DNA of 64,000 bases from Octopus vulgaris (lineage: Eukaryota). The stretch covers positions 29,636,001-29,700,000 of the forward strand of contig OX597820.1 in the NCBI GenBank assembly GCA_951406725.2, given 5' to 3'. A program made the position numbers and the translations under genes. This document shows positions 39,217 through 52,611 of the stretch, piece by piece (position 1 is the stretch's first letter; each line of letters begins with the position of its first letter). The notes under the pieces were generated by a model. The model had not been told where the DNA came from and ran no database searches. It saw nothing but the letters and a program-made list of their open reading frames with translations.

Positions 39217-40730
39217 GACGGGCTTCTTTCAATTTCCGTCTACCAAATCCACTCACAAGGCTTTGGTCGGCCCCTAGCTATAGAAGAAGACACTTGCCCA
39301 AGATGTCACACAGTGGGACTGAACCCGGAACTATGTGGTTGGGAAACAAGCTTCTTACCACACTGCTACTCCTGCGCCTATGTATACGTATATATGTGTG
39401 TGTGTGTGTGCGTGTGCGCGCGCGTGTATGTATGTATGTGCATGTATGTGTGCATGTGTGCGTACGTGCGTGCGTGTACGTGTTTGTGCGTTTGTGTGTA
39501 ATCGCAGTAGAAATTATTTGCAGCATGACATTTAAAGAAAAAAAAAAACCGATTTTAAAACCTTGTACCTTGTAGTGACTATAGAGTTTAATTAATCTTT
39601 CAACGCAAGAAATCGTTTTCCAAAAATTTAAATAGTTGACATATTTCGTTTAAATTCACTGAATAGGGAATGGCAACTCAGATACAGCAGGTGCAAACAC
39701 AATAAGCACTAAATTATACAGAATTTTAGTTCACTTCATAGAAAGTCAAACTACACTACACGGTTACATTGTACCATTAAGTCTATCAGCTGTTATAGAC
39801 TTCAAGTAGCTCTTAGACTAATTAAATTCTTTACTCTTCAGAAGCATTTGCTATTGTGGTGCACATTCAGAGAATTACAATTCAATTAATTGTATTGGAG
39901 GCATTTTAAAGAGCAGGACGCCGCTAATGAGAGTGAGTAAAGAGAAGGAAACAAAAATAACAACAAAAAAAAAAAAAGAATGATACAAAAATGAAGAAAA
40001 GAATTGTGATTCAGGGAAAGAAATATGTCAAGGAGGTCAGACCTGTCACAGAAACAAGATGAAACATGTAAACGAAGTCAGCCTGGTCTCATATAAAGAA
40101 ATTATTTATTTAGTTTATCTTGTATTTTATTTTAATTTATTTTAGTTCTGTGCAGTCAGGAAAAAGAGTCATTAAAAAAAAAAAGAAAAAAAAAGAGAGA
40201 GAGAGAGCTGACCTTTCCTCTTAACTTCCTCATTATCCGAGTGGCATTTATTTGTTGCGTTGACTACGGCTGAAAATAGTCCAGGAATTGACTGTTAACT
40301 AAAAACTAAAGTTACAATATACAGATAGTAATAATATTAATACCTCTTTCTGCAACAGGCATAAGGCCTGAAATTGCGGGGAGAGGGTATAGTCGATTTC
40401 ATTGATCTCAATACTCAATTTGTACTTATTTTATCGGCCCCAATTGATGCTAGCAGTTCCAAAAGTTGAACAATACTTTTATCATATAGCTAGATTAAAT
40501 TAAATGTCCTTGTGAAGTCTTGTCACATTGTTTGTCTTCCCATTCTACTCTAACCAATACCTACTTACTCAAAAGGAAGCCACTTCTAGCCGCTTTGGAT
40601 AAGGCAGGCACAAAATCACAACTTTAACTGCAGTTCAAACCGGAATTTTTGTAGCATACCTATTTGACCACTCAGAGCGCATACTTACTAGTTTGAGTTT
40701 GAGTTACCCTGACGAAAACTCCTCGTATCT

Positions 40731-40764
<34 letters not shown>

Positions 40765-40789
40765 TATGTATGTATCTCTCCCCCGCTTT

Positions 40790-40846
<57 letters not shown>

Positions 40847-40871
40847 ATATATACATATATGTGTATATTTA

Positions 40872-40939
<68 letters not shown>

Positions 40940-40960
40940 TATATATAGATGTATGCATGC

Positions 40961-41005
<45 letters not shown>

Positions 41006-41093
41006 TATACGAACACAATACATACATTCATATGTATATAGGTATTGTATGTATGTGTTTGTGAGCGTGTGTACGCACGCACACACGCGTGTA

Positions 41094-41520
41094 TATTGGG
41101 TCATCCCATAAATAATGCAGTTTTTTTATACTTTTATTTTTCAGCATTGAGATAAACAAAGTTCTTTTTAAATCCAAAATATACTCTCCTTCATTTTCTA
41201 CAAAGCTCTTCTATCTGGTAGACTTGCAAGGCCCCTCTTTCAAAATTCACTTGTCCGTGACGAAAAATACTCCTCCAGTGCTGTTCTCACCTCGTCTACA
41301 GAATTCGTATGTTTTTCGTCCATATGATTGTGAAGACTGCGGAATAAATGATAATCAGGTGGGTCAATGTCCGGCGAATATGGTGGGTGGGCATCGTTTC
41401 CGATTCAAACTGCTCCAGCCCTTGGAATGTCATCCTCTCTGTATGTGACTGAGCATTATCCTGATGGAAGAACACCTTTCATCTTGAAACCAAAGATGGT
41501 CGTTTTACTTTTAGTGCAGG
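41094..41520 (-). mobile_element. mariner (DD34D-type) 3' fragment with terminal repeat
   Basis: Translates KVFFHQDNAQSHT...PPYSPDIDPPDYHLFRSLHNHM...SVDEVRTALEEYFSSR...ENEGEYILD. Terminus TATTGGGTCATCCCATAAATAATG. Confidence 0.88.
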
Positions 41521-41559
41521 TCTCGATGAATAGCTGAATGACCAAATCCAATATCTGAT

Positions 41560-41973
41560 AGTTCCTCAACAGTTACGATGAGATTTTGTTCAACCAGTGT
41601 TTGCAGGACGTTCTCATCACGGCCATCCAATAAATGTCGCGGGGACATAGAAATAATCGGACTGAATACCCGATCGCGCGGTTAAACCATTGATAGTGAA
41701 GGACTCCCAGCCTTTGTTAGGGCATCCTTCTAGGAGAAGGTAACTCAGGTAACTGGGATAACGCCGACATAAAACCTGTGGCTCAGTGATTACCGATGAT
41801 GTTGACTTGTTCTTCTTTTCGGATTATGGCTGCTGTTGCTTAGCGAGTGGGATTGACTCAGTGCACAGCCTTTCCTCACTTTAAAGAAATCTTCTTGCAC
41901 AGGCATTGCACGATAACAACATTGATTAAGCTTCGTGCAATGGCCATACTCAATAACGAGGGGGCAGCCACCA
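41560..41973 (+). mobile_element. SINE body with an RTE-5'UTR-like (Ceph-like) motif
   Basis: CCCAGCCTTTGTTAGGGCATCCTTCTAGGAGAAGGTAACTC resembles the GGGCAxC..CTAGGAGAAGG.AACTC motif. Ends in (TATG)n. Confidence 0.5.
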
Positions 41974-42489
41974 TGTATGTATGTATGTATGTATGTATGT
42001 ATGTATGTATGTATGTATGTATGTATGTATGTATGTATGTATGTATGTATGTACGTATGTATGTATGTATGTATGTATGTATGTACGTATGTACGTATGT
42101 ATGTATGTATGTATGTATGTATGTACGTATGTATGTATGTATGTATGTATGTATGTATGTATGTATGTATGTATGTATGTATGTATGTATGTAGGTAGGT
42201 ATGCATCTGTGAGTGTATTTATACATGTACATGTACATACACACATATTTATGTGCGTGTGTATCGCTGCTGCCATGCTCCTGCTACATTTCCGGTTGGC
42301 GTCTCCCGATCTCTGTTATCTTCAACGCATGCAAGTGAAACTGTTCAGAAGATGGTGCGAAACTGTTGGAGGTCTTTAGAAAGATTAATCTCGCTTATAG
42401 ATGCAACATTAAAAGGATGATTACGGCAATCCTTAAGATTAGTGTATATTAAAAATGGATTTATGATGGATTGCATAATCTACGATGTA

Positions 42490-43160
42490 TGGCGTGTGTG
42501 CGTGTGCGTGTGTGTGTGTGTGTGTACTTGTGTCTGCATATGTGTGCTGTATGTGTGACTGTGTGTGTGTACTTATGTCTGCATATGTGTGCTGTATGTG
42601 TGTGTGTGTATGTGCGTGTGTGTATTTGTGTCTGCATATGTGTGACTCTGTATGGTTGTGTGTATTTGTGTTTGCATATGTGTACTGTATGTGTGACTGT
42701 ATGTGTGTGTGTGTGTACTTGTGTCTGCATATGTGTGCTGTATGTGTGACTCCGTGTGTGTGTGTGTGTGTAATTGTGTCTGCATACGTGTGCTGTATGT
42801 GTGACACTGTGTGTGTGTACTTGTCTGTATATGTGTGCTGTATGTGTGACTCTGTGTGTGTACTTGTCTGTATATGTGTACTGTATGTGTGACTGTGTGT
42901 GTGTGTGTGTGTGTACTTGTGTCTGCATATGTGTGCTGTATGTGTGACTCCGTGTGTGTGTGTACTTGTGTTTGCATATGTGTGACTCCGTGTGTGTATG
43001 TGTGTACTTGTGTCTGCATACGTGTGCTGTATGTGTGACACTGTGTGTGTGTGTACTTGTCTGTATATGTGTGCTGTATGTGTGACTGTGTGTGTGTGTG
43101 TGTGTGTGTACTTGTGTCTGCATATGTGTGCTGTATGTGTGGCTCTGTGTGTATGTGTGA
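42490..43160 (+). repeat. Minisatellite built on a (TG)n backbone, ~35-45 bp unit
   Basis: About 15 units of GTACTTGTGTCTGCATATGTGTGCTGTATGTGTGACT(GT)n. Confidence 0.9.
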
Positions 43161-43658
43161 AATACGATATAATTATCATAATACTTTTTATCAATCTATA
43201 TTAATTATTTCCTGCTGAATTATAATCTTTTATTCAATGTGTAGTTGTGTGTGTGAGTGTGTGTGAGTGTGTATGTGTGTGTGTGAGTGTATGTGAGTGT
43301 GCGTGTGTGAGTGTGTGTGTGTGTATTTGCATGTATGTACATATCTATGGATATGTACATATGTATGTACGTATGTATGCATGTATGCATGTAAGTAGAT
43401 AGGCAGGCAGGTAGGTAAGTAGGTAGGTAGATAGGTAGGTAGGGGAGGGTGTTAGGGAGGGAGGGTATATAACATTTTATGTATTTACGCATGTATATAT
43501 GTAGGTATGTATGCATGCATGCATGCATGTTTGTATGTGTATGTGTATATGTAAGTACTTTCTGCGTACGACGTTTGGGTGGGTGGATGGATGGATATAT
43601 GTGTATGCATATGGGTGCGTATGTAACTAAATATGTATTTACTTATGGATGTATGTAC

Positions 43659-43689
<31 letters not shown>

Positions 43690-43821
43690 TGTATGTATGT
43701 ATGTATGTATGTATGTATGTATGTATGTATGTATGTATGTGTGTGTGTATGTATGTATGTATGTATGTATGTATGTATGTATGTATGTATGTATGTGTGT
43801 GTATGTATATATGTATGTATG

Positions 43822-43855
<34 letters not shown>

Positions 43856-44778
43856 TGTATGTATGTATGTATGCATGCATGTATGTATGTGTGTATATAC
43901 TCACGTACTACATACATGCGTATACACGTATGAACGTATATAGGCATATGTGTATGTGTATGTGTATATTAATAAATGCATGCGCGTGTGTGTTGTGTGT
44001 GCGAGCGCGCATGTGTTTGTGTGTGTGTGTGTGTGCGTATGTGTGTGCGTGTATGTGTGTGTGTATGTGTGTGTCTTTCGATTTTATATGCAGATGTTCA
44101 GCCTATATATCAGGACAGAAGAGATTTAGGTTTCGAAGTAGCTTTTCAAATTTTACTTATTGGGGTTCGGTTGAACCGAGACCAGGACATTTATTTAACC
44201 AAGATTCTATAGAATGGGATCGAACCCAGAAACACATAATAATGAAACGAACATCTTATCCATGTTTCCATGCCGTGATCGCATGTAAGTTAGCGCGTTA
44301 AGTGACAGCGTATAACGACGAACAAGTTATCCCCTCAAACAGTATTTCTGAGACTATCTGACCTAAGAAAACTTTTGAAATACACCCAAGGGTTCACGTT
44401 ACACCTAGAGAAATTATCGTTAAAAAAAAAATTCTTTCACTTGGACTACGATCATACTGGATCGCCTGCCGCTGCGTTCTGAGTTCGAATTCCGCCGGGG
44501 TCGACTTTGCCTTTCATCCTTTCGGGGTCGATTAAATAAGTACCAGTTACGCACTGGGGTCGATATAATCGACTTAATCCATTTGTCTGTCCTTGTTTGT
44601 CCTCTCTGTGTTTAGCTCCTGGTGGGTAGTAAAGAAATAGGATTACCACCTTCAAGGGTTTTTGTCGAATACATCAGAACCAATACTTATATTTTCTTTT
44701 AACATCTGGTACTTTTTCTACCGGTTTCTATTGCACAACCGCTAAGTTACGGGGAGGTGAACAAACCAACATCGGTTG

Positions 44779-44984
44779 TCTTCTTCTTCTTCTTCTTCTT
44801 CTTCTTCTTCTTCTTCTTCTTCTTCTTCTTCTTCTTCTTCTTCTTCTTCTTCTTCTTCTTCTTCCTCTCCTCCTCCTCCTCCTCCTCCTCCTCCTCCTCC
44901 TTCTTCTTCTTCTTCTTCTTCTTCTTCTTCTTCTTCTTCTTCTTCTTCTTCTTCTTCTTCTTCTTCTTCTTCTTCTTCTTCTTC
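44779..44984 (+). repeat. (TTC)n(TCC)n(TTC)n polypyrimidine tract
   Basis: About 28 TTC, 12 TCC and 28 TTC units. It forms the (GAA)n tail of the adjacent minus-strand SINE. Confidence 0.97.
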
Positions 44985-45467
44985 CAATCAGGACTCACGC
45001 CGTTAGCCACAAAGGATAATCCCTAATTCGAGCCTACTCTAAGCTACTAAGAATGCGTGTGGCAACTTGAAGATCCACCCACCACACGCGATAGACTGGC
45101 GGTTGCACGGGTGCGAAAGCTACGTTGTTATCCTCATTCCGTAAACGGTGGCTTTTAACGGGTGAAGAGCTGAACCATCCTGGGGTACAGAGGATTCGCA
45201 ATCTAGACTAGGGTCTGAAAGTTTACCACACCATAGTAGGTTACACCATGGTTCCTCTGCTTTGTGGCAGAAGTAGGAAGAAAGAGGGAGAGAAAGTTGT
45301 GGTGAAAGAGTACAGCGGGGTTCACCCCCCACCCCACCCGCCGGAGCCTCGTGGAACTTAGGTGTTTTTGGTCAATAAACACTTACAATGCCCGGTCTGG
45401 GAATCGAAACCGCGTTCTTACAACCACGAGTCCGCTGCACCTAACCACTAGGCCATTGCGCCTCCAC
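44985..45467 (-). mobile_element. Family C SINE, tail variant 4 with (GAA)n end
   Basis: Head GTGGAGGCGCAATGGCCTAGTGGTTAGG and shared CAACTTTCTCTC.CTC, then a unique ~280-bp tail. Confidence 0.8.
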
Positions 45468-45788
45468 TACCGGTTGTTGTTGTTGTTGTTGTTGTTGTGG
45501 TGGTGGTGGTGCTGCTGCTGCTGCTGCTGCTGGTGTTGGTCTGCGTTAGCGAAAATCTATTTAGTTCATGGTTTGTGAGTTTGGGTAAGTTTGTATTATG
45601 CCATAAAAGAGGTTTCATATTTAGGTGACTGCTATTTTTTTATGTCTGTGTGGGATAAACAATTATCTTTTTATCTGTGTCAGATGAACGCGTAACTGTG
45701 AAATATTAGCCGCTTGCATCACTGGTGGTGGTAGTGCACAAACACAGACACAAAGGCACACATAAGTATGTTCTCTTACTCTTTCTAA

Positions 45789-46168
45789 TCTATATACATA
45801 AAGCTAAAGTTGTCTGTGTATGGCAGGTTTGGTAGCCTTCAATTAACACGAGACGCTGCGGCACAAGTTGACCAAAATTGAGAGTGTGATAGAAGAAGGC
45901 TTGCTCTTCCTTCTGTAGACGAAAAAATTAAAATCGGACCATGTTAACACCAAAAATTATTTACACCAAAAAGGTGCTTTTTTTCTATGAAAATCCCTAT
46001 TTTTTACGATTTTTTGACTGCTGTGTCGCCATTTTCCGATGTATTTCAACCAGAAAAATGTTTACTTAAAGAGAATAACAAGCTACATGATGTAAAATTT
46101 TTACTTTTCAAAAATTCCAATTCTAAAGGGTCGAAACAAACCCGAGCAACGCCGGGCGATACTGCTAG
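45789..46168 (+). mobile_element. Non-autonomous Helitron, copy 3
   Basis: A|TC...CCCGAGCAACGCCGGG..CTAG|T. Confidence 0.88.
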
Positions 46169-46229
46169 TTTAGAATAAATTAAGACCGGCCACTTACTTG
46201 AAAGCAAGTTTGTGAAGGAAAGCATCTTG

Positions 46230-46690
46230 TTTTAACCATCATTCTTTAAATCCTAAGAAAGTCTTGCAGATTTTAATAGTCCTCTATATCATAATCATTT
46301 GTAGTATATGAATTAAGGATCTGCATTCTCTGCCTAAGATCCTAAGTTCAACCATACTTTGCTCCAGACGGGTTGGTATGTATCTCGTTGCTCCAAATAA
46401 CAATAGGTATGAAACTGAAAGTGAATTTTGGCTACTGGATTTGCAAACTCCTTATTAATGGTCCTTAGATGTCCTCTTTCTCTTGTATTTTTCTAACTAC
46501 GTTGGTGTCGATAGGGCAGCGGATTTTCACAACAGAACATATTCTCTTCTTGTGGTTTCACGCAACAATATCTGGCTGGTTGAGTTTTAACTTGGTGGAT
46601 GTTTTAATTTTTAAGCTCCACCAATAATCCTTTGACTCATTAGTTGCAATATGGTCAACTTCGTCTGTGGGTGGTTTCTCTTTTGTTACC
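46230..46690 (-). mobile_element. RLE-type non-LTR retrotransposon 3' fragment (R4/Dong-like)
   Basis: Translates KDYWWSLKIKTSTKLKLNQPDIVA*..ICSVVKIRCPIDTNVVRKIQEKEDI*GPLIRSLQ..FSFIPIVI (PD-(D/E)xK-type domain). Confidence 0.8.
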
Positions 46691-46792
46691 TTGTTTCAGA
46701 CTGTTCTGGTCACTGTATGTATGTATGTATGTATGTATGTATGTATGTATGTATGTATGTATGTATGTATGTATGTATATATGTATATATAT

Positions 46793-47075
46793 GCCTTCGA
46801 AACACGCTGGAGCCGAACTAGTGACAGCTGATGATAGGGGATTTTTCCTTGTGTAGTATGTCCTGTACTCTGTTTTTTCTGTTGTAAAAAAATGGTTTTT
46901 CTGTTTTCGTTTCTCGTTGAGTTCTACGTCTAGTTGTGGTGTCCTGTACTCACGTGTATATATATTTATATATGCATGTATATATACATGTAGATGTAGG
47001 TACGTACATATATGTTTGTATGTATGCATACATTTTATTTATTACACTATATATATATAAATATATATATATATA
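46793..47075 (+). mobile_element. (TA)n-associated repeat, probably a Penelope-type terminal repeat; inverted copy at 52960-53280
   Basis: GCCTTCGAAACACGCT..ACTAGTGACAGCTGATGA.GGGGATTTTTCCTTGTG... matches the reverse complement of 52960-53280. Confidence 0.6.
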
Positions 47076-47079
47076 TTTG

Positions 47080-48190
47080 TTTTGCAAGATTCTTGATGTG
47101 AACTCGTGTGCTGAAACAGATATTTTTGTTTATGGGGATGGTCATGTTGCCAGCTTAGCCAATGAAAGCACACGCACTATATATTTGGTGTTCACTTACT
47201 TTATATTATATTAATTTGCTTACTTTGCTTTATATTATATTAATTGTATTTCGGCCAGAGTTCTTTCGTCACACTTCTGTGACCTCATCAGTGGTCCTTT
47301 GCTTTCTTCTTTCTTTTTTGTGTGTCTCTCCTTACTAAAGACCTGCCATTTTGTATTCCTACTGTATGTGTCTTTATTTGCGCATGCTTATATCCTTGTG
47401 TGTGTCTATGTTTAGTAAGTGTGTGGGAATGTGCCTGCATTATCAGTATCTCCTGTTTATACACGTTCGTTTAATTTACTTTTATTTATTTTATTCATTT
47501 GTTTATATCCACTTATTTTTTCTTTTCTTTCTTTTTTTTTTGCACTAATTTAATTTCTTTTGTTTATGTATATGGTTATTTAATTCCATTTATTTATCTT
47601 TGTATCGTATCATATTCATTTTATTATCAATTTATGGGGATCTTATTCTGTCAAAGGTTGTGGTGTGTAGGGGGTGGTGGTGCTAGTGTTCCATTCTAGT
47701 TTTCTGTTCAGGCTAGGCTTATCTTCTATTATGTGTGTAGCTTCCGTAATTTGTCTAAGCGCTGCGTCTGTTCTATGCGTGGACAAGATTTTAACATCTA
47801 TATTATTGAGTGAGCCCCCGTGTTCTTGCTCGGCGTGCTGGTGCAGAACCGATGAGCTCTTCTCTTCCTTAAGTTCCCTCTAATGCTCATTTACCCGCTC
47901 TCCTATGCTCCGTGATGTCTCCCCTACGTATGTCGTTGTCTTGTTACTGCACCGTCCCTCTGTACATCTTATGCTATAGACTACATTCCTAGCTTTACAG
48001 TTTCTTTGTGGACTAAATCTACATACAATACAGTTCCTATCAGCACAGGGGCTTCTACTAAAAGGGTAGGTTCTACCGATTAGGGATTTGATAGGGTTAC
48101 CTAGCCTTTCTACAACCTTAATTCTTAGTTTAAGCTTGTCTAAGGCCCTTCTATAGCTTTAGACAAACTCTAGGCAAACTTAAGCCGTTT
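47080..48190 (-). mobile_element. Penelope-like element 3' part: GIY-YIG endonuclease plus terminal repeat
   Basis: 48190-47670 translates C..RNVVYSIRCTEGRCSNKTTTYVGETSRSIGERVNEH*...HQHAEQEH...RQITEATHIIEDKPSLNRKLEW. A CTGATGA-GGTCA...TGGCC-GAAA motif lies downstream at 47291-47249. Ends at (TA)n. Confidence 0.88.
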
Positions 48191-48294
48191 TAAGAGTTAC
48201 ATACTTTGTATTGTTGCTTTTGGATTAGCGAAACAATTATGAGAACGGAACCAAGGGATAAGCCCCGCTTTCCGGGAATTACCGGGTACGTCAG

Positions 48295-48383
<89 letters not shown>

Positions 48384-48929
48384 CATATATATATACATAT
48401 ATAAATATATAAATATATATACATATATATAGAGAGAGAGAGAAAGAGAGAGAGGGAGAGAGAGGGCAGAGAGAGAGAGATGATGGGTTTCCACACAGTT
48501 TCCATCTATCAAATTTATGCACAAGGCTTTGTTCGGCCCGGCGTCATAGTAGAAAATGCTTGCCCAAGGTGCCCGTTGTGAGACTGAATCCCAAACCATG
48601 TGATTGCAAAATGCGTTTCTTAATCACACAGCCATGCCCCTTTATTAATTATTTTGCTTTTCTGTGATAATATTCTATAGGAGATTAAGCAAATCTTGGA
48701 ACTGTCTTTGGAAGACTTATCAGTGCTAAATCCACCACGCGCCATAAAAAAGTATTAGGAAATTTCATTTTAATCATGATCTTGTTTGGACCAAAATCTC
48801 CTCCGATATCCTACAAAGAAGTTGCATTCTCTCTAGCGAACGAAACTCACGTGAACTATACAGGGGTCTCTTCTGCTTGGTTGCTACTTTTTAATTTCTT
48901 CAATTTCTGTTCCAAGTGATTTCATATTA

Positions 48930-50063
48930 GGTGTAATGATGTAGTTTTGTATGCTAATCTGTGATATGAAATTCATTTTCGCCATAAATCAATAAATAAA
49001 GTTTGCAAAATTTGGGTAATTTTAACCAACCGAAAGCCACTGACATATAGGTGCTTGTTTCCATAGTAACAAACCAATCTCTTACCAAGTTGCTACTCGC
49101 GCGGTCATTTTTGGCTTATTAAATGGTTGTCGTGCAATGTGCTAAAAATAATAGCTAAATAGGCCTTAAATCAAGCACCAAATTTTCTTTTGTTTTGGTT
49201 TTTGCATAACCGCATGAATTCCCGGGTGTAGAATACGAATGTTATGAGGGGTTATATGTTGTGCTGAAAGCAGAATTCCGCCAGGATCTTTTAATTTCAG
49301 AAATTAAATTATTGAAAATTTTAAGATGTGGTACACTAATGTAGTTTTTCGAGCTGAATTGCTGGAGTAATTTCACTTTTTCCATTTTTTAAAAAGTTAT
49401 AGAGGTTTAAAGTTTGATCATTTTCACCCAGTCAGGAAACAGGATTTGGAAGCTGTCATTTTATGCGTGACAGCACATTTTGCCAAACATTCTGAAAATA
49501 GCACGCGTTGTCAATAATATGTATTCTATGCGTGGAAAATGAGTAAACAACACGTCTTTTGCAGTTTTAAGCATTCAATTTGCATTTAATGCGATAAACA
49601 GCACATTGTAAATTAAATATAAAAAAAAAAAACATTTAAGCATTCGATATACATTTCGGTGGGTAAAACAGTAGAACACAACGTGAACAAGTGGCTTCAA
49701 TGTATTTGTCAGCACGTGCTTTCTCGCAGACAAAAGCGTTCTCATGTTCAGCTTGTTACTATGGAAACAGGCATGAATGTGTCTGTGGCGTACGATTGGT
49801 TAAAATTACCCAAAATTTTCAAACTTTAATAGCTCTTTTACTCTTTTACTTGTTTCAGTCATTTGACTGCGGCCATACTGGAGCACCACCTTTAGTCGAG
49901 CAAATCGACCCCAGGACTTATTCTTTGGAAGCCTAGTACTTATTCTATTGGTCTCTTTTGCCGAACCGCTAAGTTACGGGGACGTAAACACACCAGCATC
50001 GGTTGTCAAGCGACGCTGGGAGGACAAACACAGACATACAAATATATATACGCACATACATAC

Positions 50064-50133
<70 letters not shown>

Positions 50134-50650
50134 TACGACGGGCTTCCTTCAGTTTCCGTCTACCAAATCCACTCACAAGGCTTTGGTCGGCCCGAGGCTA
50201 TAGTTGAAGACACTTGCCCAAGATGCCAATCAGTGGGACTGAACCCAGAACCATGTGGTTGGTAAGCAAGCTACTTAACACACAGCCACGCCTGCGCCGC
50301 TAATAACTCTTTATTAATATATAGCGAAAATGTTTTTCATGGCATTGATTAGCCAATAAAAGTATTTCATTACACTGAATAGGAAATCAATTCGAACAGA
50401 AATTGAAATTTGCAGCCGAACAGAAAACATCCTTTCGCCAATATTTGATTTGTTTGCAACACGTGCTGTCACGCAGAAAATGAGAGCTTCTAAATCTTGT
50501 TTTCTGATTGGGTAAAAATGATAAAACTTTAAACCTTTGTAACTTTTTTTTTTTTTTAATTTCTGGAAAAAGTGAATTATCTCCTGAGATTCAGCGTGGA
50601 AAGTTACACTGATCCATCAAATTTTAAAATTTTCACTAAACTTTGAAATT
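48930..50650. mobile_element. Old DNA-transposon/fold-back remnants with long inverted repeats
   Basis: 49290-49490 matches the reverse complement of 50450-50650. 48930-49050 matches the reverse complement of 49780-49830 plus 50301-50375. A related fragment lies at 31255-31350. Confidence 0.65.
49833..50300 (-). mobile_element. Family A SINE with 12-bp TSD
   Basis: TAATAGCTCTTT at 49827 and TAATAACTCTTT at 50301. Confidence 0.9.
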
Positions 50651-50673
50651 TCCAAAAGAGCAACCAAATATTG

Positions 50674-50980
50674 TGGAGGCGCAATGGCCCAGTGGTTAGG
50701 GCAGCGGACTCGTGGTCGGAGGATCGCGGTTTCGATTCCCAGACCGGGAGTTGTGTGTATCTATTGAGCGAAAACACCTAAAAAGCTCCATGAGGCTCCG
50801 ACAGGGGGTGGATGGCGACCCCTGTTGTACTCTTTCGCCACAACTTTCTCTCACTCTCTCTTCCTGTTTCTTGAGTAACGCTGCGATGGACTGGCGTCCC
50901 GTCCAGCTGTGGGCAACACATACGCCACAGAAACCGGGAAACTGGGCCCATGAGCTTGGTTAGGCTTGAAAAGGGCACAT
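50674..50980 (+). mobile_element. Family C SINE (V-like tail)
   Basis: Full head GGAGGCGCAATGGCCCAGTGGTTAGGGCAGCGGACTCG through GGCTTGAAAAGGGC. Confidence 0.9.
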
Positions 50981-51415
50981 AAATAAAAACCAAACATTAC
51001 TGCCACTGTTTATAGAGGTTAACTACATCTCTCCTTGGTATTGATTTCCATTCTGGCGGTTAGAGTTAATTGTCAGTGGAACAGTGCGGTGTCAGTACCA
51101 AAATAAGCGTAAAGGGAAATGGAGTGGAGGTGGAGGGATACGTAGGGAAAGGGCAGTCCCTTTCTTTTCAGTTAACGAGAGGGCTTATAGATTTTAACCC
51201 ACTTATATATACAATTTTTCATCCTATCCTCAGCCTCGTTGACCTTAGCGTACCATAGACTATCTAAAATCCATTTCCCGTCACTGAAATTTAAAACCAG
51301 TGACCCACCGGCGATAGCCCGGCAAACCATGATTTGGTTTACTGCGACCCATTCTTTTGTTATTATTGTTAACATGCTGCTGTTGCTGCTGCTGCTGCTG
51401 CTACTGCTACTACTG

Positions 51416-51461
<46 letters not shown>

Positions 51462-52394
51462 ATACCGTATGAATATATAAGACTAATAGGTCACTGTAGT
51501 TCTTTTTGTAAAATAGAATACTTATAAGTTGCTAATATTATACAAAAAGAACACGGTTTCAGCAACGCCCAAAAATCACAATATTCTTAATACAAATTCC
51601 CCAAATGCCGATTTGGTTTATAATTCTTAGGTCGGTGTAACGTTAGCAGTTGGAAATAGCGAAATGTGTCATATAAATATATAGGTTTGTTTTTATTTGT
51701 CAATGAGTGGATTTAGCATAATACATTAATACACAACTGAATTCAATATTTTAGCAATTCTTCAATAACATAAAAAGCAACAAGTATTGCTTCAATTCTT
51801 CTGGAAATTTTGCCATGACACACATTACCATTGACTAACAGCATTTATATTTGTATCTTATACTGTTTAGCAGGATTCGGTCTTTTAGGATAGCTGGCAA
51901 ACCGGAGTATAGCTTTAAAGGGATTTTTTGTCGATTGCTACGATTCCAGTACAATCTAATGGTATTTATTTTATCGAAATCATAAAGTAAGACGGCAAAA
52001 ATCAACCAACGCAAATTTTTTGTATCAACAGAAAAAACCTGGTATCCGTCACTGAATATACGATATATTGATATATTGATTCTAAAATTAATATCCTTAT
52101 AACTTTCATAAATATCTGTTTATATATTATATTATATTCTATATTTTATATACTATCTATTGTGAATAACAGAATACATCTAATATTAATAATAATAATA
52201 TTTTTAATAACTGAATATTATATATGCTTATGGATGTAAATGTGTATATATATTTCAGTATATATAAGTAGTTATGTATAACTATATATGTATGTATATT
52301 TATAGGGAGAGTTTACGAAAAAAACAAAAGATGAAGACAGGTAGTGTACAAAACAAACAGATGTATTAGTATAACGCTCGGGAATAGAAAAGGT

Positions 52395-52430
52395 CTTTTA
52401 CGTTTCGAGCCTACGCTCTTCTACAGAAAG
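52395..52430 (-). ncRNA. Minimal hammerhead-like motif (variant core), same family as 38983
   Basis: CTTT-CTGTAGA-A-GAGC-gtag-GCTC-GAAA-CGT-A-AAAG. Flanks 52305-52480 are homologous to 38920-39118. Confidence 0.6.
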
Positions 52431-52611
52431 GGACACAGAAAAAACAAGGAGAGAAAAAAATGTGTGTAGTGGCTAACGATTTATCATGGCGTCTGACTCG
52501 GACAGAAGGGTCACACTATGTATATTTATATCTATATATATATTCAAATGTATGTGTATTTTGTTTATTTTATATTTGTATTTATTATTATGACTTAACA
52601 TTTGTACTTTG

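Noticed and set aside
46820-46850. CTGATGA-GGGGA..TCCTT as a hammerhead (also at 53230)
   Set aside because: No GAAA follows the stem, and no stem I or III can be formed.
50674-50750. tRNA gene-like sequences (also at 5535, 36427 and 62357)
   Set aside because: A/B boxes are present but there is no complete cloverleaf, and each continues into a SINE body.
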